This document shows, in pieces, positions 19,201 through 27,216 of a stretch of 36,942 nucleotides of DNA. A program made the translations under genes and the position numbers. The stretch covers positions 1 through 36,942 of the forward strand of contig JALTDM010000004.1 in the NCBI GenBank assembly GCA_027074135.1, given 5' to 3'. Numbering within the stretch: the stretch's first letter is position 1; the number at the start of each line of letters is the position of its first letter. The notes below the pieces were generated by a model. It was not told the origin of the DNA. It saw only the letters and a program-made list of their open reading frames with translations, and ran no database searches. The stretch comes from Bacteroidales bacterium (GTDB lineage: Bacteria > Bacteroidota > Bacteroidia > Bacteroidales > JALTDM01).

Positions 19201-20574
19201 GCAAGTGTCGGTTACGATTATTGTAGAAAGACTGTCGGATTTAAGCATTGGTGCTTGATCGTGGTCTAAAGGTATGCAAAATCCGGGCATTTCTGCAGGT
19301 GGTGTTACAGGTATGGGGATGTTTATTGTAAATTCCAATGCCGTTATTGCAAATGTGAAAGCAATGCTGTCCCAAGTATGATTTGTAAAAGTCGGATCTA
19401 TACTGTGATTTATTCCAACGTCCATTGATGGCCAACCAAAACAAGGCCAATGAACGTGTAAATCCTGACAAGCAGCAAATCTAATAGTATCACTTACTCC
19501 ACTGTCAACAGTATCATTTGACGGGTCAGTTACGTAATATTCTAATGGTGTTGGGAAAGATAAAGTACTCCACACCGTAGGGTGAAAACTCAAGTCTTGT
19601 TGCATAGTGCTGCTAAACATGAGATTTGCGGTGAGCAACGAGTAGTCCACTGTAATTCCTCCACCTAAATCATATGTTCCGTTAAGAGCATCAACAAATT
19701 GTTGAATGGCAGGACCTTGTGGTGGTGGTAAAAATCCAGCTATAAATGACAAAAATTGCAATATGTCTAAATCGAAATAAGCATAAGTTGAATCACCATC
19801 AGCCAAAATTGTTTGGTGGCATCCATCGGACAAATCCAGATGGTCATGTGTTTCTATGTATGGGATAGTGATTTCCCCACTTAATCCTGTATTTGCAAAG
19901 TTGTTGAATGTTATAGGTAAGACAGTATCATGACAAAATCCGAAACTGCCATTGTCAGCACAAGGATAGATTACTTCGCCTGTTTGACCGTTAAGATAAA
20001 AAAGTATAAGAGAGTCTGCAGGCACATCTACATTAACAAGTTGTAGGTTTGTGCAATCATATAAACAAACATCGGCATTTATATCAAGTCCAAATCCATA
20101 ATCCAAATCAAGAGAAATAACACCGGCTTGTGGGAAATGAGAATGAAGGTACCAACCATCAAGAAGATCGTAGTCAGATTGTATAGTTACCCATTCACCC
20201 GGATTCCAAGTGTAATTATTTGGGAAGGTTAAATTTACTTGAACAGGGTAATTTACATCAATCCAACCTGTTGTAAAACCAGTCATTTGAAATGTTGAGC
20301 CAAGCAGCATCCAAGTGTTTATATTAAAATTTGCTCCAAATTGTCCTCCCAAGACATCTTGTATATATCCTATGGACATTGATGTATCATAATAAACATG
20401 AAAAAGATCCAAAGTCATATTTATATCAAAAGGGTCGCCATTAGGTCCCCACATGTTTTGATGTTCAGTGTTCCATGGTATTTGTGTGGAAACAGTATAT
20501 GTTTGGGATTTTACAGAAGTTGAAAATAAAAGTAAAAAAGAGTAGGTTAATATGTGAAAAATAATTTTTTTCAT
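16255..20574 (-). CDS. Giant T9SS type-B CTD surface protein: ~540-aa unassigned N-terminal domain, six SprB repeats, two further Ig-like modules, two PKD-like domains, type-B sorting domain
   Basis: I place the start at ATG 20574 (MKKIIFHILTYSFLLLFSTSVKS|Q), which overlaps the upstream stop as ATGA. SprB-repeat pattern: V.C.G...G.I...V.GGTPPY.Y.WSNG....DL..L.AG.Y.VTVTD..GC. PKD-like motifs: YRWDFGD..., YIWDFGDGD... C-terminus FWAPNAFTPDNDGVNDIF...YIYDRWGELIF...GWDG...G..A..GTY.W...F.D..G....YSGNVILIR. Confidence 0.9.
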   Translation of the reverse strand: MKKIIFHILTYSFLLLFSTSVKSQTYTVSTQIPWNTEHQNMWGPNGDPFDINMTLDLFHVYYDTSMSIGYIQDVLGGQFGANFNINTWMLLGSTFQMTGFTTGWIDVNYPVQVNLTFPNNYTWNPGEWVTIQSDYDLLDGWYLHSHFPQAGVISLDLDYGFGLDINADVCLYDCTNLQLVNVDVPADSLILFYLNGQTGEVIYPCADNGSFGFCHDTVLPITFNNFANTGLSGEITIPYIETHDHLDLSDGCHQTILADGDSTYAYFDLDILQFLSFIAGFLPPPQGPAIQQFVDALNGTYDLGGGITVDYSLLTANLMFSSTMQQDLSFHPTVWSTLSFPTPLEYYVTDPSNDTVDSGVSDTIRFAACQDLHVHWPCFGWPSMDVGINHSIDPTFTNHTWDSIAFTFAITALEFTINIPIPVTPPAEMPGFCIPLDHDQAPMLKSDSLSTIIVTDTCYKGNPAGQNEAVNSSLDGKSNNSDSSPPGLFICSRPYFIPGVDTPDIDLIGLKWSYHIGPLVDEQYPLGYIPFTWYNNTWDLDGFQDTTIDPVTMIPNPEIAIVDTTDQDVQCAGDSTGYLVVQIENGTPPYTYSWSNGVVHTSPNHTDTLYNVGAGTYEVTVSDANGCELTAQYDIVELDPPIIVDYDVTDVLCYGDSTGAIDITVSGGTPGYTYYWDPTAATNEDLTNLPAGTYTVFVTDAVGCTKEVPIEVSQPDTPLILTIDTFENVLCNGGNNAFIDLNVIGGTPPYTYQWNNGETTEDLQFLTAGTYTVTVTDNNGCSETISQTITEPDPIAVEDTIHNVSCYGGSDGYIDITVTGGTPPYSYSWSNGDSSQDINNLIEGNYSVTVTDDHGCQYFATYYVDEPDAPLQSSITAHDVLCHGESTGSADLTVTGGVLPYSYQWSNGTTSEDLTNVPAGEYTVTITDLYGCVLTDSVFIDEPDEPLQLTATVDDVRCHGEYNGSITLNITGGTPSYTVMWNTGAQNTVYEGLAAGTYSVTVNDANGCKIYGEYEVNEPQPLYAAVTEPQQICIGETAQIWVAATGGTYPYSFEWSNGMTVDTIYVEPDTTTNYSVTVTDSHGCQFIPEHTTVNVYPPLSAELTLSDDTVCPGDNVEIDMQVQGGNGEYHIYLDTNEIQVPYTYYSGSLAGNRYLHFTITDGCTTPHLTIDTSFYVINVPTLSFSPDTTAGCPPLNVTFNLNVFYPGLIYRWDFGDVTTFPETEHQNITHTYSQPGTYTVTVYTTTEEGCQVKQTAENLITIYPVPDAEFITDPTVIQIFHTQINFYNLSQGATDYIWDFGDGDSSLQENPAHIFNFLHDHYTVTLTARNFYGCVDTAVKVLQVADFYTFWAPNAFTPDNDGVNDIFITKGTNVDNSTFSLYIYDRWGELIFQSNDINKGWDGTVNGKKAEVGTYKWHAEFYDRAGKFHTYSGNVILIR
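17510..18870 (-). repeat. Six tandem ~76-aa SprB-type repeats (coding)
   Basis: Six consecutive units, each starting V(Q/L/S/R)C.G and containing GGT(P)(P/G/S)Y.Y.W and VTV.D..GC. Confidence 0.75.
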
Positions 20575-21095
20575 TGCTTTGTAAATCTTGCACTTAATAT
20601 ACTTTTTAATAATACGGGTGCAATAGTTTCTTTTGCTATAACAGGATAATTGGCATTTATCCACATAGTATTGTTATAATCTCCTGTAAAGAGCATATAC
20701 CTTTCATATTCCAATGTTGTATGGTTGGCATCCTTACCGGTAACCTTGAATCTAATCAGGTACAAGGTCGATTTATTACCGTTAGACATTACGGTATCCT
20801 TTTTTAAAATCAGTTTAGCCCCTTGTTTTTCAATATGTTCATTTGTGAGCTTAGAGATTGAAAGCGGATAACCCAAACCCTTAATTTCATTTACTTGAAT
20901 GGTGGAAGATGTAGAAGGATGTACAAGAACATTGTTTTGAGTGGGTAGAGAAATGAAAAATTTAGGGGGCATCAGTTCAATATTAGTGCCTTTAATTTTA
21001 AGGTAATGTGGGGATATCAAGCTGTCAGCTTGCGAAAAAGCAATAAAGTTAAATATTGCAACATATATTGAGAGAAAAAATAATTTTAATTTCAT
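20571..21095 (-). CDS. Secreted 174-aa protein, unknown function, translationally coupled to the giant adhesin
   Basis: Signal peptide MKLKLFFLSIYVAIFNFIAFS|QA. Its TGA stop (20573-20571) overlaps the adhesin ATG (20574-20572). I recognise no motif. Confidence 0.7.
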   Translation of the reverse strand: MKLKLFFLSIYVAIFNFIAFSQADSLISPHYLKIKGTNIELMPPKFFISLPTQNNVLVHPSTSSTIQVNEIKGLGYPLSISKLTNEHIEKQGAKLILKKDTVMSNGNKSTLYLIRFKVTGKDANHTTLEYERYMLFTGDYNNTMWINANYPVIAKETIAPVLLKSILSARFTKQ

Positions 21096-21113
21096 ATATT
21101 TTGATTTTCCTTA

Positions 21114-21121
21114 CAAATATA
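21114..21121 (-). promoter_or_regulatory. Candidate -7 box (TATATTTG) for the 174-aa / adhesin operon
   Basis: Plus-strand caaatata, 19-26 nt upstream of ATG 21095. Confidence 0.4.
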
Positions 21122-21179
21122 CTGAAAAAATGTGTGAAAGGTTGCGTTTAAGAGTAAGTTTTTTGGAATTTTTTTTAAG

Positions 21180-21266
21180 CGGTGGGAGGGGGATTCGAAC
21201 CCCCGGTACCCTTGCGAGTACAACGGTTTTCGAGACCGCCCCGTTCAACCGCTCCGGCATCCCACC
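21180..21266 (-). tRNA. tRNA-Ser (anticodon CGA), long variable arm, no encoded CCA
   Basis: Minus strand reads GGTGGGATGCCGGAGCGGTTGAACGGGGCGGTCTCGAAAACCGTTGTACTCGCAAGGGTACCGGGGGTTCGAATCCCCCTCCCACCG. 7-bp acceptor stem GGTGGGA/TCCCACC. Anticodon loop CT-CGA-AA. Long extra arm. T-arm GGGGG-TTCGAAT-CCCCC. Confidence 0.9.
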
Positions 21267-21277
21267 ATAAGGTTTTG

Positions 21278-21285
21278 CAAAAATA
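21278..21285 (-). promoter_or_regulatory. Candidate -7 box (TATTTTTG) for tRNA-Ser
   Basis: Plus-strand caaaaata, 12-19 nt upstream of the tRNA 5' end. Confidence 0.4.
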
Positions 21286-21411
21286 CTTAAAATTTACTTT
21301 AGTAATGATTTTGTTTGTGTAAAAACCGTGAAAAGTTGAATTTTGCTTAAATAATGAATATTGTTTATACATTTATTCATAAATTTACCCATTCTAAAAA
21401 TGATTATGGAT

Positions 21412-22869
21412 ATGAAAAAGATTGCTTTGTTGGTTATGGTTATTGCCACATCATTGATTAATGTGTCTTGTTTTTCTCAAAAAACGGAAGATTCCTCCAA
21501 AGATAAAAAAGTAAAAATCGACTTGGATATTAAGGGTTGGGAAAATAAAGATGTGATTTTCGGATCGCATTACATGCAAAAGAATATTTTTTTGGATACG
21601 GTGAAAACAAATGATAAGGGGAGAGCTTCCATCGAATTTGATTCTACTTTGGCTACCGGAACATATTTTATATTATTTCCTAAAAAATCATTTCTGGAGG
21701 TAATTATAGATGACAATAACCGTAAGTTTAATATAGTTGCTGATATAAACGACCTGATGGGTACGGCAAAAATAGAAGATTCAAAAGAAAATGAATTGTT
21801 TTTGGATTATCAAAAGTTGTCGTATTCGAACAGGAAAAAGATGAGGAGTTTTTCGGAGAGAATGCAAAAAAACAGAGGTAATCAAGATTCTCTTAAAGTT
21901 ATAAATAAAGATATTGAAAAGTTTAATACTTATCTGAATGAAGAACGGGATAAATACATAAAAAAGGCAAAAGGAACTTTTTTTGCTGATTTGTTGAAGT
22001 CTTTGAAAGATATTATTGTGCCGGATACATTTAGTGTAAATCCTAAACTAAATCCGATGCAACAGCAAATGGAAATAAGGTATAGAAAATACATGTATTA
22101 TAAGCATCATTTTTTTGATTATATTGACTTTTCCGACCCAAGGTTTATTCATACAACGGTTTTTGCCAATAAACTGAACAAATATTTTACACAGGTTGCC
22201 TATAATAATTCTGACAGCATAGCTCACGATGCCTTGGAGATTCTGAAAAAAGCAGAAGGCAATAAACAAACACTTACAGCCATTGCAAAACTAATGATAA
22301 ATAATTTTGAAAATTCCGGGAAATGGGCAAATGAAAAAGCCTTTATTGCTATTGCGGAAAATTATTTTTTGAATGATAAAATACCTTCTCCAGAATCTTT
22401 TAAGCAAAAATTGCAATTCAGGGTAAACATTATGAAAAAACTTCTTACAGGAGAAAAAGCACCTGATATTCCATTGGCAGAGATGAATACAGATAAGGTT
22501 TTTAATTTTGAAGATATTAAAGCACCGCTAATGATTCTTTATTTTTGGTCTGCAGATTGTCATCATTGCCAGCAGTTTACGCCGGGATTTTATGATTTGT
22601 ACAAAAAATATAAAGACAAAGGACTCAAGGTTGTAGCAATTACTGCAACTAATGATTTTGATAATTGGAAAAAATATGTGGCAGATAACGGTTTTACAGA
22701 CTGGATTAATGCATATTATGCGGGTAAGAATTACGGAGAATTGATTATGATTTATGATATTTTTATGACACCACGCTTATATGTGTTAGACAAGGACAAA
22801 AAAATAATTGCAAAAGATTTGGATTTGAAAACTTTGAAATGGTTTTTGCATGAAAGGCTTGATAAGTAG
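21412..22869 (+). CDS. Secreted thioredoxin-fold (TlpA/AhpC-TSA-like) protein with long N-terminal domain and CHHC active-site motif
   Basis: I place the start at ATG 21412 (MKKIALLVMVIATSLINVSCFS|Q); the track start 21361 is TTG. The C-terminal ~140 aa look like a thioredoxin fold: LMILYFWSADCHHCQQFTP...YKDKGLKVVAI...TPRLYVLDKDKKIIAK. Confidence 0.8.
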   Translation: MKKIALLVMVIATSLINVSCFSQKTEDSSKDKKVKIDLDIKGWENKDVIFGSHYMQKNIFLDTVKTNDKGRASIEFDSTLATGTYFILFPKKSFLEVIIDDNNRKFNIVADINDLMGTAKIEDSKENELFLDYQKLSYSNRKKMRSFSERMQKNRGNQDSLKVINKDIEKFNTYLNEERDKYIKKAKGTFFADLLKSLKDIIVPDTFSVNPKLNPMQQQMEIRYRKYMYYKHHFFDYIDFSDPRFIHTTVFANKLNKYFTQVAYNNSDSIAHDALEILKKAEGNKQTLTAIAKLMINNFENSGKWANEKAFIAIAENYFLNDKIPSPESFKQKLQFRVNIMKKLLTGEKAPDIPLAEMNTDKVFNFEDIKAPLMILYFWSADCHHCQQFTPGFYDLYKKYKDKGLKVVAITATNDFDNWKKYVADNGFTDWINAYYAGKNYGELIMIYDIFMTPRLYVLDKDKKIIAKDLDLKTLKWFLHERLDK

Positions 22870-23611
22870 CCTGCTTGTTTTTATTCTCGCCGGTTGCTCG
22901 TATAGGTTGGTTGTACCTGAGAATGCTAAAGTCTTGGGGCATGGTGGAATGGGAATAAAATCATTGCTCCCGTTGGATTCATACCCTTCCTTGTTAAAAG
23001 CGTACAATTTTCTGGACGGGACAGAGGGTGATGTGCAGTTGACAAAAGACTGTGTATTGGTTTATTGGCATGACGGTAGTTTGCCTGGTAAACTGGGATT
23101 TGTTTCTTCTGTGGTTTATGATTCTTTGCCTTTCAACAGATACGTTTTTAAAAAGTATGACATAATAAGCGTTAACAGTTTTTTGTCATCAATTGATTCG
23201 GGCAAAATTGTGTCCCTTGATATTAAAACTTACGGGCTTGATGATGTTAGCAAGAAGATTTTTGCAAAAAAACTTAAAAGTATTGCAAATAAATACGGCG
23301 GGAAAAACAAGGTGTTCTTTGAGACACACGATGATGTAATTTTAAATGAATTGTCTAAAAAGCACAGCAATTACATACTTTTTTATTATGCAAATGGAGT
23401 TCAGGATGCAATAAATGAATGTAATAGCTCAAAAGTTGACGGGATAAGCATGCATTTCAAATTTGCAGATGCTCTTGCGGTAAAAAAAATTAAGGATAAA
23501 GGTTGCAAGGTTATGTTGTGGGGAATGCATAATGTGCGTGATTTGAAAAAAGCATTTGGATATGGTGCGGATTATTATCAAACAGATAAAGTTAAGTTTA
23601 AAAGAAAGTGA
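22850..23611 (+). CDS. Lipoprotein, divergent glycerophosphodiester phosphodiesterase (GDPD)-like
   Basis: Lipobox VFILAGC|S. GHGGMG...GTEGDVQLTKDCVLVYWHD resembles the GDPD HRG...E.DV..TKDG..V..HD motifs, but Gly replaces the Arg. Overlaps the upstream gene by 20 nt. Confidence 0.55.
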   Translation: MKGLISSLLVFILAGCSYRLVVPENAKVLGHGGMGIKSLLPLDSYPSLLKAYNFLDGTEGDVQLTKDCVLVYWHDGSLPGKLGFVSSVVYDSLPFNRYVFKKYDIISVNSFLSSIDSGKIVSLDIKTYGLDDVSKKIFAKKLKSIANKYGGKNKVFFETHDDVILNELSKKHSNYILFYYANGVQDAINECNSSKVDGISMHFKFADALAVKKIKDKGCKVMLWGMHNVRDLKKAFGYGADYYQTDKVKFKRK

Positions 23612-23614
23612 TTT

Positions 23615-24211
23615 TTAAAACTTTAGCCTGTATAAATATTTTGACAAAAAACTTTTGCGGTGGTAATGTGTAATACCGTATTTTTCAATTGCTTCAATAT
23701 GTTTTTTAGTGCCGTAACCTTTGTTGGTTTCCCAACCGTATTGCGGATATTCTTTTGCAATTTTTATCATAAAATCGTCACGGTAAGTTTTAGCAAGAAT
23801 TGATGCAGCTGCTATTGAAGCATATTTACCGTCGCCTTTTACAATACAATCAAAGGGAATGTCCAGATATGGTTTAAATCTGTTACCGTCAATGATTAAA
23901 TGTTGCGGTTTTGTTTTTAGTTTTGAAATGGCGAGATGCATAGCTTTGTAAGTTGCATTGAGTATATTTATTTTGTCTATTTCTTCATTTGAAACACTTG
24001 CTACTGCGTAGTCAACTGCTTGCTTTTCAATTATTTTCCTTAATTCATATCTTTTCTTCTCACTTATTTTTTTTGAATCATTCAATCCCTCAATTATTAC
24101 ATCATCAGGAAGGATGACTGCAGCAGCATAAACCGGTCCTGCCAATGGACCTCTACCTGCTTCATCCACTCCGGCTTCTATTCCTGCAGCATATCTATGC
24201 AATAAACTCAT
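23615..24211 (-). CDS. rnhB: Ribonuclease HII
   Basis: 198 aa. GVDEAGRGPLAGPVYAAAV, DSKK, IIDG and ASI(A)AASILAK motifs. Confidence 0.93.
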   Translation of the reverse strand: MSLLHRYAAGIEAGVDEAGRGPLAGPVYAAAVILPDDVIIEGLNDSKKISEKKRYELRKIIEKQAVDYAVASVSNEEIDKINILNATYKAMHLAISKLKTKPQHLIIDGNRFKPYLDIPFDCIVKGDGKYASIAAASILAKTYRDDFMIKIAKEYPQYGWETNKGYGTKKHIEAIEKYGITHYHRKSFLSKYLYRLKF

Positions 24212-24239
24212 TTTTTCGCAGTTGTAATCTTATTTAAAT

Positions 24240-24255
24240 TATTTTTGCAAATATA
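24240..24255. promoter_or_regulatory. Back-to-back divergent -7 boxes: TATTTTTG (plus, for the gldA-like/metK genes) abutting TATATTTG (minus, for rnhB)
   Basis: Sequence tatttttgcaaatata is a near-palindrome. The plus box ends 24 nt before ATG 24272. The minus box lies 37-44 nt upstream of ATG 24211. Confidence 0.4.
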
Positions 24256-24271
24256 AAACAATGTAGAGATT

Positions 24272-25186
24272 ATGTCGATAGAAGTTAGAAACTTGACAAA
24301 GTTTTACGGTAAGCAAAAAGCATTGGATAATGTTAGTTTTACGATAGAAAAAGGAAGCATTACAGGTTTTTTGGGACCAAATGGAGCAGGAAAGTCAACC
24401 ACAATGAAGATTATAACAGGATTTATTTCCAAGACAGAAGGTCAAGTGCTGGTAAATGGTTTGGATATTGACGAACATGAGTTGGAAGTACAAAAAATGA
24501 TAGGTTATTTGGCGGAAAACAATCCTTTGTATTTAGATATGTTTGTACGAGAATATTTAAGTTTTGTGGCACATATTTACAAGGTGAAAGACATTAAGAA
24601 AAAAGTTGATGATATAATAGAATTGACAGGTCTTACACCTGAACAAAACAAAAAAATTGGTGAGTTGTCAAAGGGTTACCGTCAGAGAGTTGGGCTGGCA
24701 CAAGCATTGATACACGACCCTGAAATTTTGATTCTTGATGAGCCCACAAGCGGCCTTGACCCTAATCAGATTATTGAAATTAGGAATCTGATAAAAAATG
24801 TAGGAAAGGAAAAAACCGTGATGCTTTCAACTCATATAATGCAAGAAGTGGAAGCAATTTGTGATAATGTAATCATAATCAATCAAGGAAAAATAATAGC
24901 AGACGATACTGTTGAAAACATCCAGCAAATAACAAAAGAAGAATATGTGAAAATTGAAGTGGAATTTGATAAAGACATTACCATTGAAATGTTAATGTCA
25001 ATACCGGGAGTTAAGAAAGCGGCTCATATCAAAGGTTTTAAGTGGATTCTGACGGGCAAGTCGGATGAAGATTTACGACCCAAAATTTTCAATTTTGCTG
25101 TGGCTAACGAATTAACTGTATTATCTTTGCACAAACAAGAGAAATCTCTTGAAGAAATTTTCCAATTATTAACTACAAAAAAATAA
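24272..25186 (+). CDS. gldA: ABC transporter ATP-binding protein, GldA-like (gliding-motility-associated ABC ATPase)
   Basis: 304 aa. Walker A GPNGAGKST, signature LSKGYRQR, Walker B ILILDEPTSGLD. The N-terminus MSIEVRNLTKFYGKQKALDNVSF and overall layout resemble GldA. No permease gene is adjacent, so the gldA assignment is tentative. Confidence 0.7.
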   Translation: MSIEVRNLTKFYGKQKALDNVSFTIEKGSITGFLGPNGAGKSTTMKIITGFISKTEGQVLVNGLDIDEHELEVQKMIGYLAENNPLYLDMFVREYLSFVAHIYKVKDIKKKVDDIIELTGLTPEQNKKIGELSKGYRQRVGLAQALIHDPEILILDEPTSGLDPNQIIEIRNLIKNVGKEKTVMLSTHIMQEVEAICDNVIIINQGKIIADDTVENIQQITKEEYVKIEVEFDKDITIEMLMSIPGVKKAAHIKGFKWILTGKSDEDLRPKIFNFAVANELTVLSLHKQEKSLEEIFQLLTTKK

Positions 25187-25192
25187 AAAGAT

Positions 25193-26464
25193 ATGGGATA
25201 CTTATTTACATCAGAATCTGTATCGGAAGGACACCCCGATAAAATAGCTGATCAAATATCGGATGCATTATTAGATGAATTTTTGAGACAAGACCCTGAC
25301 TCAAAGGTTGCTGTAGAAACATTGGTAACCACGGGTCTGGTTGTAATTTCGGGTGAAGTTAAAACAAAAGCGTGGGTTGATGTACAAAAAACCGCGAGAA
25401 AGGTTATAAAAAATATAGGCTACACAAATCCTGAATATAAATTTGAAGGGGAAAGTTGCGGAGTAATTTCTACTATTCACGAACAATCACCGGACATTAA
25501 TCAAGGCGTGGAACGAAAAGATGAAATAGGTGCCGGTGATCAAGGTATAATGTTCGGATATGCCGTAAATGAAACTGAAGAATACATGCCGTTGCCTATT
25601 GTATTGGCTCATATGCTGTTGCAAGATTTGACCGATATTCGTAAAAACCATCCTGATTTAATGCCTTATCTCAGACCCGATGCCAAATCACAAGTTACCG
25701 TAGAATATGATGATAACGGTAAGCCTGCAAGGATTCACACGATAGTTATTTCAACTCAACACGACGAATTTGACGATGATGAAGATTTGATGCAAAGAAA
25801 AATAAAAGAAGATTTGCTTAAATATTTGATACCCAAAACAAAAGAAAGGTTGCCGGAACATTTGAAAGGGTTGTTTGATTTTGATAAGGAATTTATTTTC
25901 CATGTAAACCCGACAGGAAAATTTGTTATTGGCGGGCCACACGGAGATACCGGTCTAACAGGAAGGAAAATAATTGTTGATACATACGGAGGTAAAGCAC
26001 CACACGGAGGAGGAGCATTTTCAGGTAAAGATTCAACAAAGGTTGACAGGTCTGCTGCTTATGCGGCAAGGTATGTGGCCAAAAATTTAGTGCACGCAGG
26101 TGTGGCTGACGAAGTGTTGTTACAATTGTCATATGCTATTGGTATTGCTAAGCCTATAAGCATTTATGTGAACACATTCGGTACTGCAAAGGTGAATATG
26201 ACAGATGAAGAAATTGCAAATAGGATAAATGATATTTTTGATTTTTCACCTAAAGCAATTATTGATAAATTCGGTTTAAGGTATCCGATTTTTAAAGAAA
26301 CTGCAGCTTACGGGCATCTGGGAAGAGACCCATACGAAAAAGAAGTGTTGTTGAGATATGTTAACAGTGACGGCACACACACCGATAAAGTAAAAAAAGT
26401 ACAATTTTTCGACTGGGAAAAACTTGACCTTGAAGATACGATAAGGAAAGTTTTTAAATTGTAA
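25193..26464 (+). CDS. metK: S-adenosylmethionine synthetase
   Basis: 423 aa. [32 protein letters not shown] and [18 protein letters not shown] motifs. Starts 6 nt after the preceding stop. Confidence 0.97.
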   Translation: MGYLFTSESVSEGHPDKIADQISDALLDEFLRQDPDSKVAVETLVTTGLVVISGEVKTKAWVDVQKTARKVIKNIGYTNPEYKFEGESCGVISTIHEQSPDINQGVERKDEIGAGDQGIMFGYAVNETEEYMPLPIVLAHMLLQDLTDIRKNHPDLMPYLRPDAKSQVTVEYDDNGKPARIHTIVISTQHDEFDDDEDLMQRKIKEDLLKYLIPKTKERLPEHLKGLFDFDKEFIFHVNPTGKFVIGGPHGDTGLTGRKIIVDTYGGKAPHGGGAFSGKDSTKVDRSAAYAARYVAKNLVHAGVADEVLLQLSYAIGIAKPISIYVNTFGTAKVNMTDEEIANRINDIFDFSPKAIIDKFGLRYPIFKETAAYGHLGRDPYEKEVLLRYVNSDGTHTDKVKKVQFFDWEKLDLEDTIRKVFKL

Positions 26465-26474
26465 TATGAAAATG

Positions 26475-26501
26475 GGGAAGTAATTGTGCTTCCCTGTTTT
26501 T
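26475..26501 (+). terminator. Candidate intrinsic terminator after metK
   Basis: Stem gggaag (26475-80) / cttccc (26489-94), 8-nt loop, followed by tgtttttaattttt. Confidence 0.5.
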
Positions 26502-26513
26502 AATTTTTATCAT

Positions 26514-27212
26514 ATGAGAAAAATTTTCATTGTTTTAATTTTATTCTTTTCAGTAAGTATTTTGTTTGCCCAACAGGATACAAGTTTATCAAAAAAGTTT
26601 TTGAATGAAGATCTTGTTTTGGATGTTAATTATTATAAATGGCTAAATTATCCCCAAAGCATAACTTTAAAAAACAATTGTAGTGAAATAAATGTTACTG
26701 CATATTTTTTTCTTACCGGAAAAGAAAAGAATATTACTGTGGCAATGGGAGGTAATATTGATGCAGTGAACATTTACGGTAATTTTTTTATTACTAAAGA
26801 TAGTGCGGAAATTCCTACATTGACTACTATTCCCGATAGTTTGAATTATTCAAAAAATAAACTTACAGTGGCATATATAGGTATGCCTCTCGAAATACGC
26901 TTTAAAACAAATAATAACATTAGAAAAAAGAATTTTAAATTTACCATAGGTGCAAATATTGGTTACAATCTTACTGCATACCGAAAATATATTGGAGATA
27001 ATTTTTTTGAAGATTCACAGGAAAAAATAAAGGTCAAATTGTATGACATGCCGGGAATCAGTAAAGTCACAGGTAGTCTTTATGTGAAAATGTTTTATGA
27101 TAAGTTCGGTCTAAACTTCCGTTATAACTTCACGCCTTTTTTCAATGGAGTTACAGACGATATTGTAAAAGTAAATTCTTTTAGTGCCGGGCTTTCTGTT
27201 ATTATATTTTAG
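26514..27212 (+). CDS. Outer-membrane beta-barrel protein (small OMP family)
   Basis: I place the start at ATG 26514 (MRKIFIVLILFFSVSILFA|QQ). Alternating hydrophobic strand pattern. Terminal ...FSAGLSVIIF with C-terminal Phe is typical of OM beta-barrels. Confidence 0.6.
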   Translation: MRKIFIVLILFFSVSILFAQQDTSLSKKFLNEDLVLDVNYYKWLNYPQSITLKNNCSEINVTAYFFLTGKEKNITVAMGGNIDAVNIYGNFFITKDSAEIPTLTTIPDSLNYSKNKLTVAYIGMPLEIRFKTNNNIRKKNFKFTIGANIGYNLTAYRKYIGDNFFEDSQEKIKVKLYDMPGISKVTGSLYVKMFYDKFGLNFRYNFTPFFNGVTDDIVKVNSFSAGLSVIIF

Positions 27213-27216
27213 ACAT

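Noticed and set aside
20575-20664. N-terminal extensions of track ORFs (also 8964-9014, 21361-21411, 26484-26513, 27646-27669, 30686-30718, 35325-35342, 35284-35373)
   Set aside because: In each case an internal ATG gives a canonical MKK/MRK-type signal peptide or family-typical N-terminus and removes an overlap with the neighbouring gene. Several of the extended starts are non-ATG codons.
14600-21266. Possible genomic island integrated at the 3' end of tRNA-Ser (adhesin, DUF2971 remnant and small secreted proteins lie directly downstream of the tRNA 3' end)
   Set aside because: There is no integrase, recombinase or mobility gene. I could not find a direct repeat of the tRNA 3' segment (ggattcgaaccccc...) anywhere in 14542-16255. 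By eye, the composition does not differ obviously from the flanks.
21175-21372. 65-aa minus-strand ORF
   Set aside because: It is occupied by tRNA-Ser (21180-21266) and its promoter region, so this is an artefactual reading frame.
25187-25192. SAM riboswitch or other leader upstream of metK
   Set aside because: Only 6 nt separate metK from the preceding gene, so there is no space for a structured leader.
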